Origin: Aromatoleum aromaticum EbN1
GTDB taxonomy: Bacteria > Pseudomonadota > Gammaproteobacteria > Burkholderiales > Rhodocyclaceae
Direction: 5' to 3'
Length of the DNA stretch: 24,000 nucleotides
NCBI RefSeq assembly: GCF_000025965.1
Contig: NC_006513.1
Span: 3,751,400-3,775,399, forward strand
The notes under the pieces were generated by a model. It was not told where the DNA came from. It saw only the letters and a program-made list of their open reading frames with translations, and searched no databases. Both the position numbers and the translations under genes were made by a program. Shown piece after piece: positions 7,998-18,289 of the stretch; the stretch's first letter is position 1, and each line of letters begins with the position of its first letter.

Positions 7998-8040
7998 AGT
8001 AAGGTTTCCTTACTCTATCGCTGTGCGTGAACCATTGCAA
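7998..8040 (-). promoter_or_regulatory. Putative sigma-70 promoter with overlapping palindromic operator for the AbrB-PIN operon
   Basis: On the minus strand: TTGCAA (8035-8040), a 17-nt spacer, then TAGAGT (8012-8017). The perfect inverted repeat AGTAAGG-N3-CCTTACT (7998-8014) overlaps the -10 and start region, about 16 nt upstream of ATG 7982. Confidence 0.4.
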
Positions 8041-8157
8041 TGCGCTTGACGGTGCCGATACGGCCCTGAGGTTGACCACGTGGGGTCGCGTCGATCGCCG
8101 TGTGCCCCATTCTGTGCGCGGCACCATTCTGGTAGCATCATGCAAATCCGTGGCAAC

Positions 8158-8631
8158 TCAAACTGCTCCATGTGCCTCATTCGGCGATGTCGGCCATTCC
8201 CGATACGTGCTCACGCCGGTTTTCAGCTCGGCGGCAACCGCAACAAGAAGGTCACTCAAGTCGTTCGCCCTGAGCGCGCATTCCCAGATCACGAATACCC
8301 GCCAACCCGCTTGCTGCAGCAGAGCGATCTGCCTCCTGTCGCGCTCGACGTTGGCTTTGAATTTTTCGACCCATTTGTGGCCGTTGTCAGATGGGGTATA
8401 AGCCAGCCTGCAGGAGTCGTGCCGGTGCCAGAAGCAGCCGTGGACGAACAAGGCTGCTCGATACTTCGGAAAGACAAGATCGGGGCTGCCGGGCAGATCC
8501 CGACGATGCAGCCTGAAACGCACGCCCAGCTGATGCAAGCCCCGGCGAACCTGAAGCTCAGGCTTGGTATTCTTGCCTCGTATGGAGGCCATGATCTTCG
8601 AGCGCGTAGCGGGATCGACGATATCAGCCAT
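8158..8631 (-). CDS. vsr: Very short patch repair endonuclease
   Basis: The 157-aa product has TRSKIMASIRGKNTKPEL, LPGSPDLVFPKYRAALFVHGCFWHRH and GWRVFVIWECAL, the canonical Vsr blocks. It is adjacent to a C5 methyltransferase. Confidence 0.9.
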   Translation of the reverse strand: MADIVDPATRSKIMASIRGKNTKPELQVRRGLHQLGVRFRLHRRDLPGSPDLVFPKYRAALFVHGCFWHRHDSCRLAYTPSDNGHKWVEKFKANVERDRRQIALLQQAGWRVFVIWECALRANDLSDLLVAVAAELKTGVSTYREWPTSPNEAHGAV

Positions 8632-8646
8632 TCCTGGTAACCTGGC

Positions 8647-10266
8647 TTGATGAAACAGAAAATCTCAGGGCAGGCCAAGCCAGCCAAAGCAATCATCAAA
8701 ATCGTAGACCTTTTTGCAGGCCCCGGGGGCCTCGGCGAGGGCTTCTCTTCTCATTCTTCATTTCAGATTGCCGTCTCGGCCGAGATGGAGTCTTCAGCTC
8801 ACGCTACGCTGCGCCTTCGCGCCTTCTACCGAAATCTGAAACGGATGGGACAAGGCGCCGCAGCGCCTTACTTCGAGCTGTGCAACGGCGAGTATCCCTT
8901 GCCAACGAACAGGAAAGCTCTCCAGCACTGGAACGACCAAACGAGAAAGGCATGGGAAAACGCCTGTGAGGAGGCCCTCCGGCTAACTCTGGGAGAGGAA
9001 GAGAGTAATGCCGAGCTGGACAAAGCCATCAAGGCTAACAAAATTGGCCCTGACCAACCTTGGGTATTGATTGGTGGGCCGCCATGCCAAGCCTACTCAC
9101 TGGTAGGCCGTGCGCGTAACAAAGGCAAGGCTGACTACAAAGCAGAGGATGACCATCGCCACTTCCTCTACAAGGAGTATCTGCGAATAATCGCGGAGAA
9201 CAGGCCGCACGTTTTTGTCATGGAAAACGTCAAGGGGATTCTGTCTTCCAAGGTGGGAGGACAACAAATATTCCACAGCATCCTGAGGGATCTCGCCGGT
9301 TGCGGATACCGGATTCATTCACTGGTGACTGACACCTGCTTTCATCAGGGAGACAATCCTGCTGACGTAGACGCCCGTGACTTCATCGTGCGCGCCGAGC
9401 GGCACGGAGTTCCACAGGCGAGACACCGCGTGATCCTTCTGGGAATTCGTGAGGATGTCTGCAATGCAAAGGGGGCAGGCTGGAAGCTTCCGGTTCTTCA
9501 GGAAGACCCTCCGGTGTCAGTCTTTGAGGCCATTGGCGACTTGCCGCCGCTTCGCAGCCGGATCTCGAGAGGTAAAGATGACGAGAAGCTATGGGCGTTA
9601 CTCCTTGCCAGGCACTGTCGTGAGATGGCGGAACAAGCCGGATTGAAGAAACATGGCTTGTACGGCGTCGCTGAAGTACTGGGCTCGGTTTCAGCCAGAA
9701 CCAGTTTTCTAGCCAATGCAGGTGCAGCATCAAGGCGCTATCAACCTCCCAAGCTTTGCCCTGAGGCACTTTCTGCCTGGTATACGGCCCAAGGAGTGGC
9801 AAGGCAACTGCGTTACTTCATGAACCATGAAGCACGTGGGCACATGGAGAGTGATCTGAGGCGCTACGTCTACGCTGCTGCCTTTGCCGAGGCTACCGGT
9901 GTATCGCCCAAGGGGCACGAGGAGTTTGCCTTAAAGGGCCTTGCACCAGACCACGAGAACTGGGAAAGCGGGAAGTTTGCAGATCGCTTCCGCGTTCAAC
10001 TTAAAAATCGGCCTTCGACCACAATAACCAGCCACATTGCCAAGGACGGGCACTACTTCATTCACTATGATCCGGCGCAATGTCGCAGCCTGACTGTTCG
10101 TGAGGCTGCCCGTCTTCAGACCTTTCCGGATGATTACTTTTTTCAGGGGAACAGGACGCAGCAGTATCACCAGGTCGGGAACGCTGTTCCACCGTTTCTC
10201 GCTGGAAAAATTGCAGTGATTGTGATTGGAATCCTTGATGAACAGGCCTGCGCCCGGGCCGCGTAA
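8647..10266 (+). CDS. dcm: DNA (cytosine-5)-methyltransferase, specificity unknown
   Basis: Motif I DLFAGPGGLGEGF; motif IV GGPPCQAYS; motif VI ENVKGIL; motif VIII RHGVPQARHRVILLG; motif IX REAARLQTFPDDY; motif X YHQVGNAVPPFLA. The start is TTG 8647 or ATG 8650. There is an unusually long (~85 aa) insert between motifs II/III and IV and a long variable region before motif IX. Confidence 0.9.
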   Translation: MMKQKISGQAKPAKAIIKIVDLFAGPGGLGEGFSSHSSFQIAVSAEMESSAHATLRLRAFYRNLKRMGQGAAAPYFELCNGEYPLPTNRKALQHWNDQTRKAWENACEEALRLTLGEEESNAELDKAIKANKIGPDQPWVLIGGPPCQAYSLVGRARNKGKADYKAEDDHRHFLYKEYLRIIAENRPHVFVMENVKGILSSKVGGQQIFHSILRDLAGCGYRIHSLVTDTCFHQGDNPADVDARDFIVRAERHGVPQARHRVILLGIREDVCNAKGAGWKLPVLQEDPPVSVFEAIGDLPPLRSRISRGKDDEKLWALLLARHCREMAEQAGLKKHGLYGVAEVLGSVSARTSFLANAGAASRRYQPPKLCPEALSAWYTAQGVARQLRYFMNHEARGHMESDLRRYVYAAAFAEATGVSPKGHEEFALKGLAPDHENWESGKFADRFRVQLKNRPSTTITSHIAKDGHYFIHYDPAQCRSLTVREAARLQTFPDDYFFQGNRTQQYHQVGNAVPPFLAGKIAVIVIGILDEQACARAA

Positions 10267-10334
10267 ATACTTCGCTTGATTCGTTCGCGCTGCGCGAAAA
10301 ACTCGTTTCTGCCGAAATCAGACACCTCGCCCGT

Positions 10335-10373
10335 TCAACCTGCGCTGGGTGCATGGATGCCGATCTGGTCAGT
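10335..10373 (-). pseudogene. Displaced native 3' end (last 10 codons plus stop, plus the TSD copy) of the AIPR gene, cut off by IS21 insertion
   Basis: Joining 15240.. to ..10367 through one copy of GTCAGT continues the AIPR frame as ...LTD-QIGIHAPSAG-stop (TGA = 10335-10337). Confidence 0.6.
10368..10373. repeat. Left target-site duplication GTCAGT of the outer IS21-family element
   Basis: An identical hexamer at 15240-15245 abuts the other IS end. Confidence 0.8.
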
Positions 10374-10530
10374 TGCGGATTCCGACCCAACGTGACCGCT
10401 GATTCCGAAATAGTGTGACCGGTGAATCCGCGGTCGTGACCGCGGATTCCGATTTGATCGTGACCGATTTCGGCGAGTTGTCGGAATGGGCGGTCACGAT
10501 GTCGGAATCAATGGTCACGATCAAATCGGA
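10374..10530. repeat. Left-end multi-repeat region of the outer IS21 (probable IstA binding sites)
   Basis: GTGACCG occurs at 10392, 10415, 10436 and 10460, with inverted (C)GGTCAC at 10491 and 10513. Perfect 12-bp palindrome arms GAATCCGCGGTC / GACCGCGGATTC at 10424-10435 and 10438-10449. 15-bp inverted repeat GATTTGATCGTGACC (10451-10465) / GGTCACGATCAAATC (10513-10527). Confidence 0.8.
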
Positions 10531-10628
10531 ACGGGTTTGTGAGGCCAAGCGTGGCAACGTCGTTTGTCAGGCCGGCTACCCTCGCGCGCTTTGCGCGGAG
10601 ACCGAGGATGCCGGCGGAGCGGATTGCC

Positions 10629-11821
10629 ATGCACAAGATCAGGGAGCTGTTACGGCTCAAATACGACTGCGCGCTGTCGCATGAGCGCATTGCCCGCGCG
10701 CTGTCGATTTCCAAAGGAGTGGTCGCCAAGTATGTGAAGGCGGCCGAGGAGTGCGGCCGGCCGTGGGCCGAGTTGTCGGCGGCCGACGAGGCCGAGTTGC
10801 GCCGGGTGCTGGGGGTCGCCCGGCGTGGACGTGGCGCGAGCGTCGCGAATGTGCCGCCGGATCTGGCGGCGGTGCATCAGGGGCTCAAGCGAAAGAACGT
10901 CACGCTGGCGCTGCTGTGGGAAGAGTACGTGCAGACGGCCGACGGGCCGAGCTATCAGTACTCGCGCTTTTGCGACCTGTACCGCGCGTTCGCCCGCACG
11001 CTCAAGCGCTCGATGCGCCAGGTGCACCGCGCCGGCGAGAAACTCTTCATCGATTACGCGGGCGACACGGTGCCGATCGTCGACGCCGACACGGGCGAGA
11101 TTTCGCGCGCGCAGATCTTCGTCGCGGTGCTCGGCGCCTCGAGCTATACGTTCGCCTGCGCCACGGCGACGCAGTCGCAGGCCGACTGGCTGGGCTCGCT
11201 CGCCCGGGCGCTGGCCTTCATCGGCGGCGTGCCCGAGCTCGTGGTGCCCGACAATACGCGCTCGCTCGTCGGGCAGGCCGACCGCTACGAGCCGCAACTG
11301 CAGCGCACCACCGCCGAGTTCGCCGCGCACTACGGCGTGGCGATCCTGCCCGCGCGCCCCTACAAGCCGCAGGACAAGGCCAAGGTCGAAGTCGGCGTAC
11401 AGATCGTGCAGCGCTGGATTCTGGCGCGGCTGCGGCATCGACGTTTCTTCTCGCTGGGAGAGTTGAACGAGGCGATCGCCGCGTTACTCGAGCCGCTGAA
11501 CACGCGTGCCTTCCGGCGCCTGCCAGGCTCGCGCCACGAAGCGTTCGAGACGCTCGATCGGCCGGCGCTGCGCCCGTTGCCCGCCACCGCGTTCCAGTTC
11601 GCCCAGTGGAAACGGGCCAAGCCCAATATCGATTACCACGTCGAGTTCGACGGGCATTACTACAGCGTGCCGTATGCGCTCGCCGGCCAAGCGGTGGAGT
11701 TGCGCATCACCGCGAGCAGCATCGAATGCTTTGCCGCGGGCCGTCGCGTCGCGGTGCATGCGAGAAGCCACCGGCCCGGCGTCTACTCCACGCTCACCGA
11801 ACACATGCCCGCATCCCATCA
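10629..11821 (+). pseudogene. istA: IS21-family transposase IstA (outer element), 5' part interrupted by the nested IS
   Basis: MHKIRELLRLKYDCALSHERIARALSISKGVVAKY (HTH). DDE candidates FIDYAGDT, VVPDNTRSLV, KAKVEVGV. The frame breaks at 11821/11822, where the inner IS begins. Confidence 0.85.
11817..11821. repeat. Left target-site duplication CATCA of the inner IS21-family element
   Basis: An identical pentamer at 13917-13921 directly abuts the other inner IS end. Confidence 0.75.
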
Positions 11822-11861
11822 TGTCACTGCCGGATGTAAGTTGATACGGGCTGCCGATTGA

Positions 11862-13771
<1,910 letters not shown>

Positions 13772-13778
13772 GGGCCGC

Positions 13779-13835
13779 GCGACGGAGCGCCCCTGCGGTC
13801 GGGCCTTCGGCCCTCCCTTCGGGGCGCTCCGTCGC
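13779..13835. terminator. Nested GC-rich hairpin after the inner istB (15-bp perfect outer stem enclosing a 5-bp inner stem)
   Basis: GCGACGGAGCGCCCC (13779-13793) is the exact reverse complement of GGGGCGCTCCGTCGC (13821-13835). The inner stem-loop GGGCC-TTC-GGCCC lies at 13801-13813. Confidence 0.4.
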
Positions 13836-13860
13836 ACATGTCAATGGGATAGAGGTGTAT

Positions 13861-13910
13861 CAGTTTTAAATCGGCAACCGCCGGGAAAGCGTGTCAGTTT
13901 TAAATCGGCA
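13861..13910. repeat. Two direct copies of CAGTTTTAAATCGGCA in the right end of the inner IS21
   Basis: Copies at 13861-13876 and 13895-13910. Related inverted copies (GCCGATTGAAAGTTGATAC) occur at the left end. Confidence 0.8.
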
Positions 13911-13916
13911 TTGACA

Positions 13917-13921
13917 CATCA
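13917..13921. repeat. Right target-site duplication CATCA of the inner IS21-family element
   Basis: Matches 11817-11821. Confidence 0.75.
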
Positions 13922-14276
13922 GGCGCATCGCCAGTGGTCGCCCGGCAAACTCATCGCCTGGGGCGCCACCGTCGGCCCGCACACCGAGCAGGTGGTCAGC
14001 CACCAACTCGAACGCATGCCGCACCCCGAGCAGGGCTACCGGGCGTGCCTCGGGCTGATGCGCCTCGGTCGCCAATACGGCAACGAACGGCTCGAAGCCG
14101 CGGCGACCCGCGCCGTCACCCTCGGGGCGATGCGTTACCGCAACGTCGCCTCGATCCTCAAGAGCGGGCTCGACCGCGCACCGCTCCCCACTCCCACTCC
14201 CACTGCCGCTAGCCAAACCGAACTGGCGCTTCCCACCGTGCACGAGAACCTGCGCGGTGCGCGCTACTACCACTGA
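13917..14276 (+). pseudogene. istA: IS21-family transposase IstA (outer element), 3' part
   Basis: Removing 11822..13921 joins ...EHMPASH to QAHRQWSPGKLIAWG... in frame. The pieces are 1193 + 355 nt = 516 codons including the stop, i.e. a 515-aa IstA. The C-terminal block resembles IstA tails. Confidence 0.8.
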
Positions 14277-14298
14277 TTCCACCCACCGGAGAACATCG

Positions 14299-15033
14299 AT
14301 GCTGATGCAACACAGCCTGCAACAACTGCATGCCCTGCGCCTGGAAGGCATGGCGCGCGCCTTCGAGGAGCAGCTCACCCAGCCCGCCATCACCGCGCTC
14401 AGCTTCGAGGAGCGCTTCGCCCAGCTCATCGATCGCGAGATCCTGCTGCGCGACGGCAAACGCATCGACCGGCTGCTCAAGGCAGCCCGCATCAAAGCCG
14501 CTGCAGCCTGCCTGGAGGACGTCGACTACCGCGCCGGGCGCGGGCTCGAGCGCAGCCAGATCGCCGCGCTCGGCACCGGGCAATGGATCCGCCATCACCA
14601 GAACTGCCTCATCACCGGGCCCACCGGCAGCGGCAAGACCTGGCTCGCCTGCGCGCTCGCCAATGCCGCGTGCCGGCAGGGCCTCGCGGCCTATTACGTG
14701 CGTCTGCCGCGGCTCTTCGAAGAGCTGCGCATCGCGCATGCCGACGGCAGCTTCAGCCGACGCCTCATGCAGCTCGCGCGCATGGATCTCATCGTCATCG
14801 ACGATTGGGGCCTGGCCGCGCCGTCGGCGCAGGAGCGAAGCGACCTGCTGGAGCTGCTCGACGACCGCGTCGGCACGCGTTCGACCGTGATCACCAGCCA
14901 GCTGCCGATCGAGCACTGGCACACCTACCTGGGCGACCCGACCTTCGCCGATGCGATCCTCGATCGCGTCGTGCACGCCGCGCACAAGCTCGCCCTCAAG
15001 GGCGAGTCGATGAGAAGAAAGGAAAAGGCATGA
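14299..15033 (+). CDS. istB: IS21-family helper ATPase IstB (outer element)
   Basis: ATG 14299 lies 6 nt after GGAGA. Walker [12 protein letters not shown], Walker B LIVIDDWG, and TSQLPIEHW. Confidence 0.9.
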   Translation: MLMQHSLQQLHALRLEGMARAFEEQLTQPAITALSFEERFAQLIDREILLRDGKRIDRLLKAARIKAAAACLEDVDYRAGRGLERSQIAALGTGQWIRHHQNCLITGPTGSGKTWLACALANAACRQGLAAYYVRLPRLFEELRIAHADGSFSRRLMQLARMDLIVIDDWGLAAPSAQERSDLLELLDDRVGTRSTVITSQLPIEHWHTYLGDPTFADAILDRVVHAAHKLALKGESMRRKEKA

Positions 15034-15057
15034 GGCCGTGCGCGCGAGACGCCTTAC

Positions 15058-15108
15058 CCACAGGCGCCCGCCCGCCAGCGTATGAGGCGCGCTGGCGGCC
15101 GCCTGTGG
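15058..15108. terminator. Extended interrupted hairpin after the outer istB (two 9-bp stems)
   Basis: CCACAGGCG (15058-15066) pairs with CGCCTGTGG (15100-15108). Inside it, CCGCCAGCG pairs with CGCTGGCGG around a 9-nt loop. Confidence 0.35.
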
Positions 15109-15193
15109 ATAAGCCTGCGCCGTGCCTCGAATTGACCGTGATCGTGACCGACGCGGTTAGAATCTGAACACCACGCTTCGCGCGCAGACCCCC

Positions 15194-15239
15194 CGGTCAC
15201 GTTCGTCGGTGCAGGCGGTCACGTTCGTCGGAATGCGCA
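15194..15239. repeat. Right-end repeats and terminal IR of the outer IS21
   Basis: CGGTCACGTTCGTCGG occurs twice (15194-15209 and 15216-15231). The terminal ...GTCGGAATGCGCA is the inverted copy of the left end. Confidence 0.8.
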
Positions 15240-17318
15240 GTCAGTCAGGTCGATTGATAGAACTCCCTGCTCTTTCAGCCGTTCGAGAACGGTGATCGCG
15301 TGCTTGGACTGCTTTTCGGTCGGAATTTGACGCGGCAGGGAAGCGCAGACCTTCAGGATCTGCGCTTCCTTCATCGTCAGCTCGCGCGCTGCGTTCCCTT
15401 GCTCCCACACCCTGTGCCAGAAATCCGCCCCGAGCCTCACCGCCAGCGATTGAGCCTCGATTCCAGCCATCTCGCGCTGCATCTCCTTGGCGTCGTGCTC
15501 GTTCTTCTTTGCATTTTCTTTCGACATCAGACAGTGCTCAAAGTCACCGTCATAATCGATTTTGCGAGCCTCAAGCACGCTCCAGCAAGCCTGTTGCTTG
15601 GCCCATTCTGACAGGTTGCGCATGCCCGCAGCGGGCTGCGTAATGACTTTATGAGCTTCTTCTGCCGCCAGCAGCAGGGCTCGAACCAAGGCGTCGGAGA
15701 GCATCTGCCGTTTCGAGATCGTGTCGAGGTCGAGTACTTCATTGGCCCGGTTCGCATCGTGGAAGACCTTTGCCATGGCGTAGGTTACGATGTTGGCGCG
15801 GTAGCCCCCCTCGTACCAGGGTTGTTTTGGAATCTCGGCTTCGAGCTTCCGGAAGATGATGGCCTTCGCGACTAACCTGCGATACCAGAGCTCGTCATAC
15901 TTCGCCTCGTTCTTTGACCACGTCTCACCTATTTCCTTGGCGAACAGCGCGAAGTTCTTCTGCGCACCGCGCGAGACAATGTGGGGCTGCCCGGCCGCCG
16001 AGTTTTCGAACTTGGCCAGATCGGTCTTGCTGAACAGTTGCTCCTTCGGGAACTCAAGATCGAATTTCCTCTGGTCGCTGCCCGTACGTCGGCCACGTTC
16101 GTTGATGTACTGCCCGCGGGCGCGCTCGTAGAACCATTTGCTGTCGTGCCGTTCTCCCTCGCGCGCGGCAAAAATCACGTTGCGCGAAAACTGCTCGATC
16201 CGGATGTGGAAGGGGTGGTTCGAGAAGAAGTCAGCGGCGTTGACCTTGTTCTGGGTGTTCGCATATTCCGAGATCTTCGGCACGATTTCCTCCGAGCGAT
16301 CGGGCGGTACGACCGTCAGCTTCATCTGCACAAAGACGTTTGCCAACTGTTCCCGAGCGGTTCTCAGCGCGGCATGGATCGAGCCTGTTGTCTGTGCGCC
16401 GTTAACGATCTGGAGGTTGCCGATCGACGAGATTGCCAAGCCGGAATCTGTCAGGACGCAATCCACATGCTCGGCCGTTGCCGACAGACCGTTGTTGTAG
16501 GGAAAGAAGAGTTCCGGTTCTTCCTTGATGGTTCTCTGGATACCCTTGTTGGTCTTGGCCCTGGCCTGAAGGAAGGTACGGACATTGGCCTCAAGAAGGC
16601 GGGCGCCCCAGAGATCATAGATTGCGGCCACCAGCTGACCGGGCATGATCAGCAGATAGCTTTCGAGAGCCGCACCAGTCTGCGAAGCTTTGAGCGCTGG
16701 AAGCGGAGCGCCGAAGTCACCCAAGAAATCAATGACCATGTCTTCGCGGGCTTGGCCGGAGCGGTCGAATCGCTCAAACCGGGCCAGATCCCAGACGGAC
16801 CAGGTTACCGGAACGTCATCCAGATCCTGCAGTTTTACGGAGTCGTCGCGGCTGATGTACCGGCGGTTTGATACAAGAATCAGCTTGACCTTGGTGACCT
16901 GCGACCACGTCGCGATGATCAGGTCGGAAATCTGAAATGCAGGGTTCACCTCGTTCAGAGCGTCGCGAAACTCCTCGGTCCGGGCCTTCTTCAGGAAGCG
17001 GATAAGCGGATTGAGGATGGGCGGGACATCGGTCTTGCCAAATGTCAGGAGCTCGTCACTGTCGGCGAAGTCGCAGACGATAAGGCCAAGAACCCCTTCG
17101 CTGTCTCGCGGGTCGCCCGCGTATCCGTCGATCCTGATCCTCTGGGTGCCCCCACCGTTCTCGTAGAAAGCACGGTCGGCCGTTTCGAGTTCGCCCGCCT
17201 CTGTCAGCCGAGCTGTCATCTGGTCGAAGAATGCCTCGACCATCAGCACGCCGCTTGCGTCCGCCTCACGGCGGATGTCCGCCATAAGATTCTGGTGATA
17301 CTCCTGAATCTCGCTCAT
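15219..17318 (-). CDS. AIPR (abortive infection phage resistance) family protein, with a C-terminus altered by IS21 insertion
   Basis: ATG 17318 overlaps the upstream gene stop (ATGA). AIPR-type blocks LQIVNGAQTTGSIHAAL, ISEYANTQNKV and FFSNHPFHIRIE. The last 6 codons (CAFRRT) and the stop at 15219 are encoded by the IS21 right IR. Confidence 0.8.
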   Translation of the reverse strand: MSEIQEYHQNLMADIRREADASGVLMVEAFFDQMTARLTEAGELETADRAFYENGGGTQRIRIDGYAGDPRDSEGVLGLIVCDFADSDELLTFGKTDVPPILNPLIRFLKKARTEEFRDALNEVNPAFQISDLIIATWSQVTKVKLILVSNRRYISRDDSVKLQDLDDVPVTWSVWDLARFERFDRSGQAREDMVIDFLGDFGAPLPALKASQTGAALESYLLIMPGQLVAAIYDLWGARLLEANVRTFLQARAKTNKGIQRTIKEEPELFFPYNNGLSATAEHVDCVLTDSGLAISSIGNLQIVNGAQTTGSIHAALRTAREQLANVFVQMKLTVVPPDRSEEIVPKISEYANTQNKVNAADFFSNHPFHIRIEQFSRNVIFAAREGERHDSKWFYERARGQYINERGRRTGSDQRKFDLEFPKEQLFSKTDLAKFENSAAGQPHIVSRGAQKNFALFAKEIGETWSKNEAKYDELWYRRLVAKAIIFRKLEAEIPKQPWYEGGYRANIVTYAMAKVFHDANRANEVLDLDTISKRQMLSDALVRALLLAAEEAHKVITQPAAGMRNLSEWAKQQACWSVLEARKIDYDGDFEHCLMSKENAKKNEHDAKEMQREMAGIEAQSLAVRLGADFWHRVWEQGNAARELTMKEAQILKVCASLPRQIPTEKQSKHAITVLERLKEQGVLSIDLTDCAFRRT
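15240..15245. repeat. Right target-site duplication GTCAGT of the outer IS21-family element
   Basis: Matches 10368-10373. Confidence 0.8.
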
Positions 17319-18289
17319 GGCTGGTCCTCCTCGACGAGATTCGATCGCACGGCGTTCCAGTCTGTCCTGAAGGGAGTGCAGGCCGACAGCGCGAGTGCAT
17401 AGGTCACCCCCGAAACCCCAAGCGGGACGGGAGCGGTAATCCGGGGAAATCCTTCTGCGACGGAATGAAACTCTGGAGGCGAGACGATCCAGCGCCAAGG
17501 CGAGTAGTCGTGCAGTACATCGTAGCCCGCATCGGCAAGATGCAGGTCCCAGTCCATTATCGCTGATGGCTCCGTTCGTTCGAGAAGCTCTGTCACCTCG
17601 TCCACATACTCCGTCAGTGTCCGGCCATGGGGTGGCTGGACCTTGTCCACAGCGAGTACTCCCAGCCAGAGACGGCGATCCGACACGTCGGCAAGCTGGT
17701 GCTCATTGGCGATCTTCACAAACGGCTTCGAGGCGCCGCGTCTTGCCTTGACCTCGATGCAGCCTGCCTTGAGCTCGAAGTCCTTCGGGGCACCGGAGGG
17801 CCCCGTCCATGCTGCAAGGGCCGGCTTTGCGCCCAGACTGGCTATCAGGAGCTTCAGAACCTCAATTTCACCGATCAGGCCTTTCTGTGCCTCTTCCGCC
17901 AACGCTTCAAGCTTCCCGCCGCGCAGCAGGTAGTGCCAACGGAAGGCGCGCCCGATGGCTCGTTCAAGCGCCTCGGCCTCGGTGCCAGCAAACTCGCCCG
18001 CGGCCATGACGTCGCGGCAGAGAGTATCGAACAGTTCGAGTTGTGCACTGTCCTTGAGGCGTATGTAGAGGATCGGGCCGCCCGGCAGCGTTTGAAAGCG
18101 GATTTCCAAATTCCTGAGCTTGGGCAGATCCGGCACCGGATTCGGAAGGTCCGAAAGCTGAAGGACCAAGGCCACGTCGGTGCGCGGCATGACGGCCCAG
18201 AACCAATTCCAGCGTGCTGTTGCATCTACGCGTCGCGTATCGGTTTTTCCGGCCTCGAGGCCCGACCATGGATTGTCATTCGGAATCAC
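17315..18289 (-). CDS. PD-(D/E)XK motif nuclease-like protein
   Basis: GTG 18289 lies 6 nt after GGAGG and overlaps the Z1 stop by 14 nt. Putative catalytic D-x10-E-x-K in GAPKDFELKAGCIEVKARR. Its position between Z1 and AIPR genes is as in related cassettes. Confidence 0.7.
   Translation of the reverse strand: MIPNDNPWSGLEAGKTDTRRVDATARWNWFWAVMPRTDVALVLQLSDLPNPVPDLPKLRNLEIRFQTLPGGPILYIRLKDSAQLELFDTLCRDVMAAGEFAGTEAEALERAIGRAFRWHYLLRGGKLEALAEEAQKGLIGEIEVLKLLIASLGAKPALAAWTGPSGAPKDFELKAGCIEVKARRGASKPFVKIANEHQLADVSDRRLWLGVLAVDKVQPPHGRTLTEYVDEVTELLERTEPSAIMDWDLHLADAGYDVLHDYSPWRWIVSPPEFHSVAEGFPRITAPVPLGVSGVTYALALSACTPFRTDWNAVRSNLVEEDQP

Noticed and set aside
8080-8640. 186-aa plus-strand ORF over the vsr locus
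   Set aside because: It runs antisense to a textbook Vsr sequence and has no motifs of its own.
10284-10298. Small palindrome TTCGCGC-T-GCGCGAA between the MTase stop and the native AIPR stop
   Set aside because: The effective stem is only about 5 bp with a minimal loop and no T-tract on either strand, which is insufficient to call a bidirectional terminator.
10390-10530. Regularly spaced short repeats (GTGACCG every ~21-24 nt) that superficially resemble a tiny CRISPR or iteron array
   Set aside because: The repeats are only 7 nt long and some are inverted. They begin exactly at an IS21-type inverted repeat, with matching copies at the other IS end, so they are IS21 subterminal transposase-binding repeats.
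13911-14276. 121-aa ORF that could be taken as an independent small gene
   Set aside because: Its frame continues the interrupted outer istA exactly once the nested IS and one TSD copy are removed. It is the IstA C-terminal fragment.
17319-17498. 60-codon upstream extension of the AIPR ORF, and the 29-codon extension of the PD-(D/E)XK ORF (18290..18376)
   Set aside because: The extensions overlap the preceding genes and are R/S-rich. The internal starts (ATG 17318 in an ATGA overlap, and GTG 18289 behind GGAGG) give the coupled arrangement typical of such operons.
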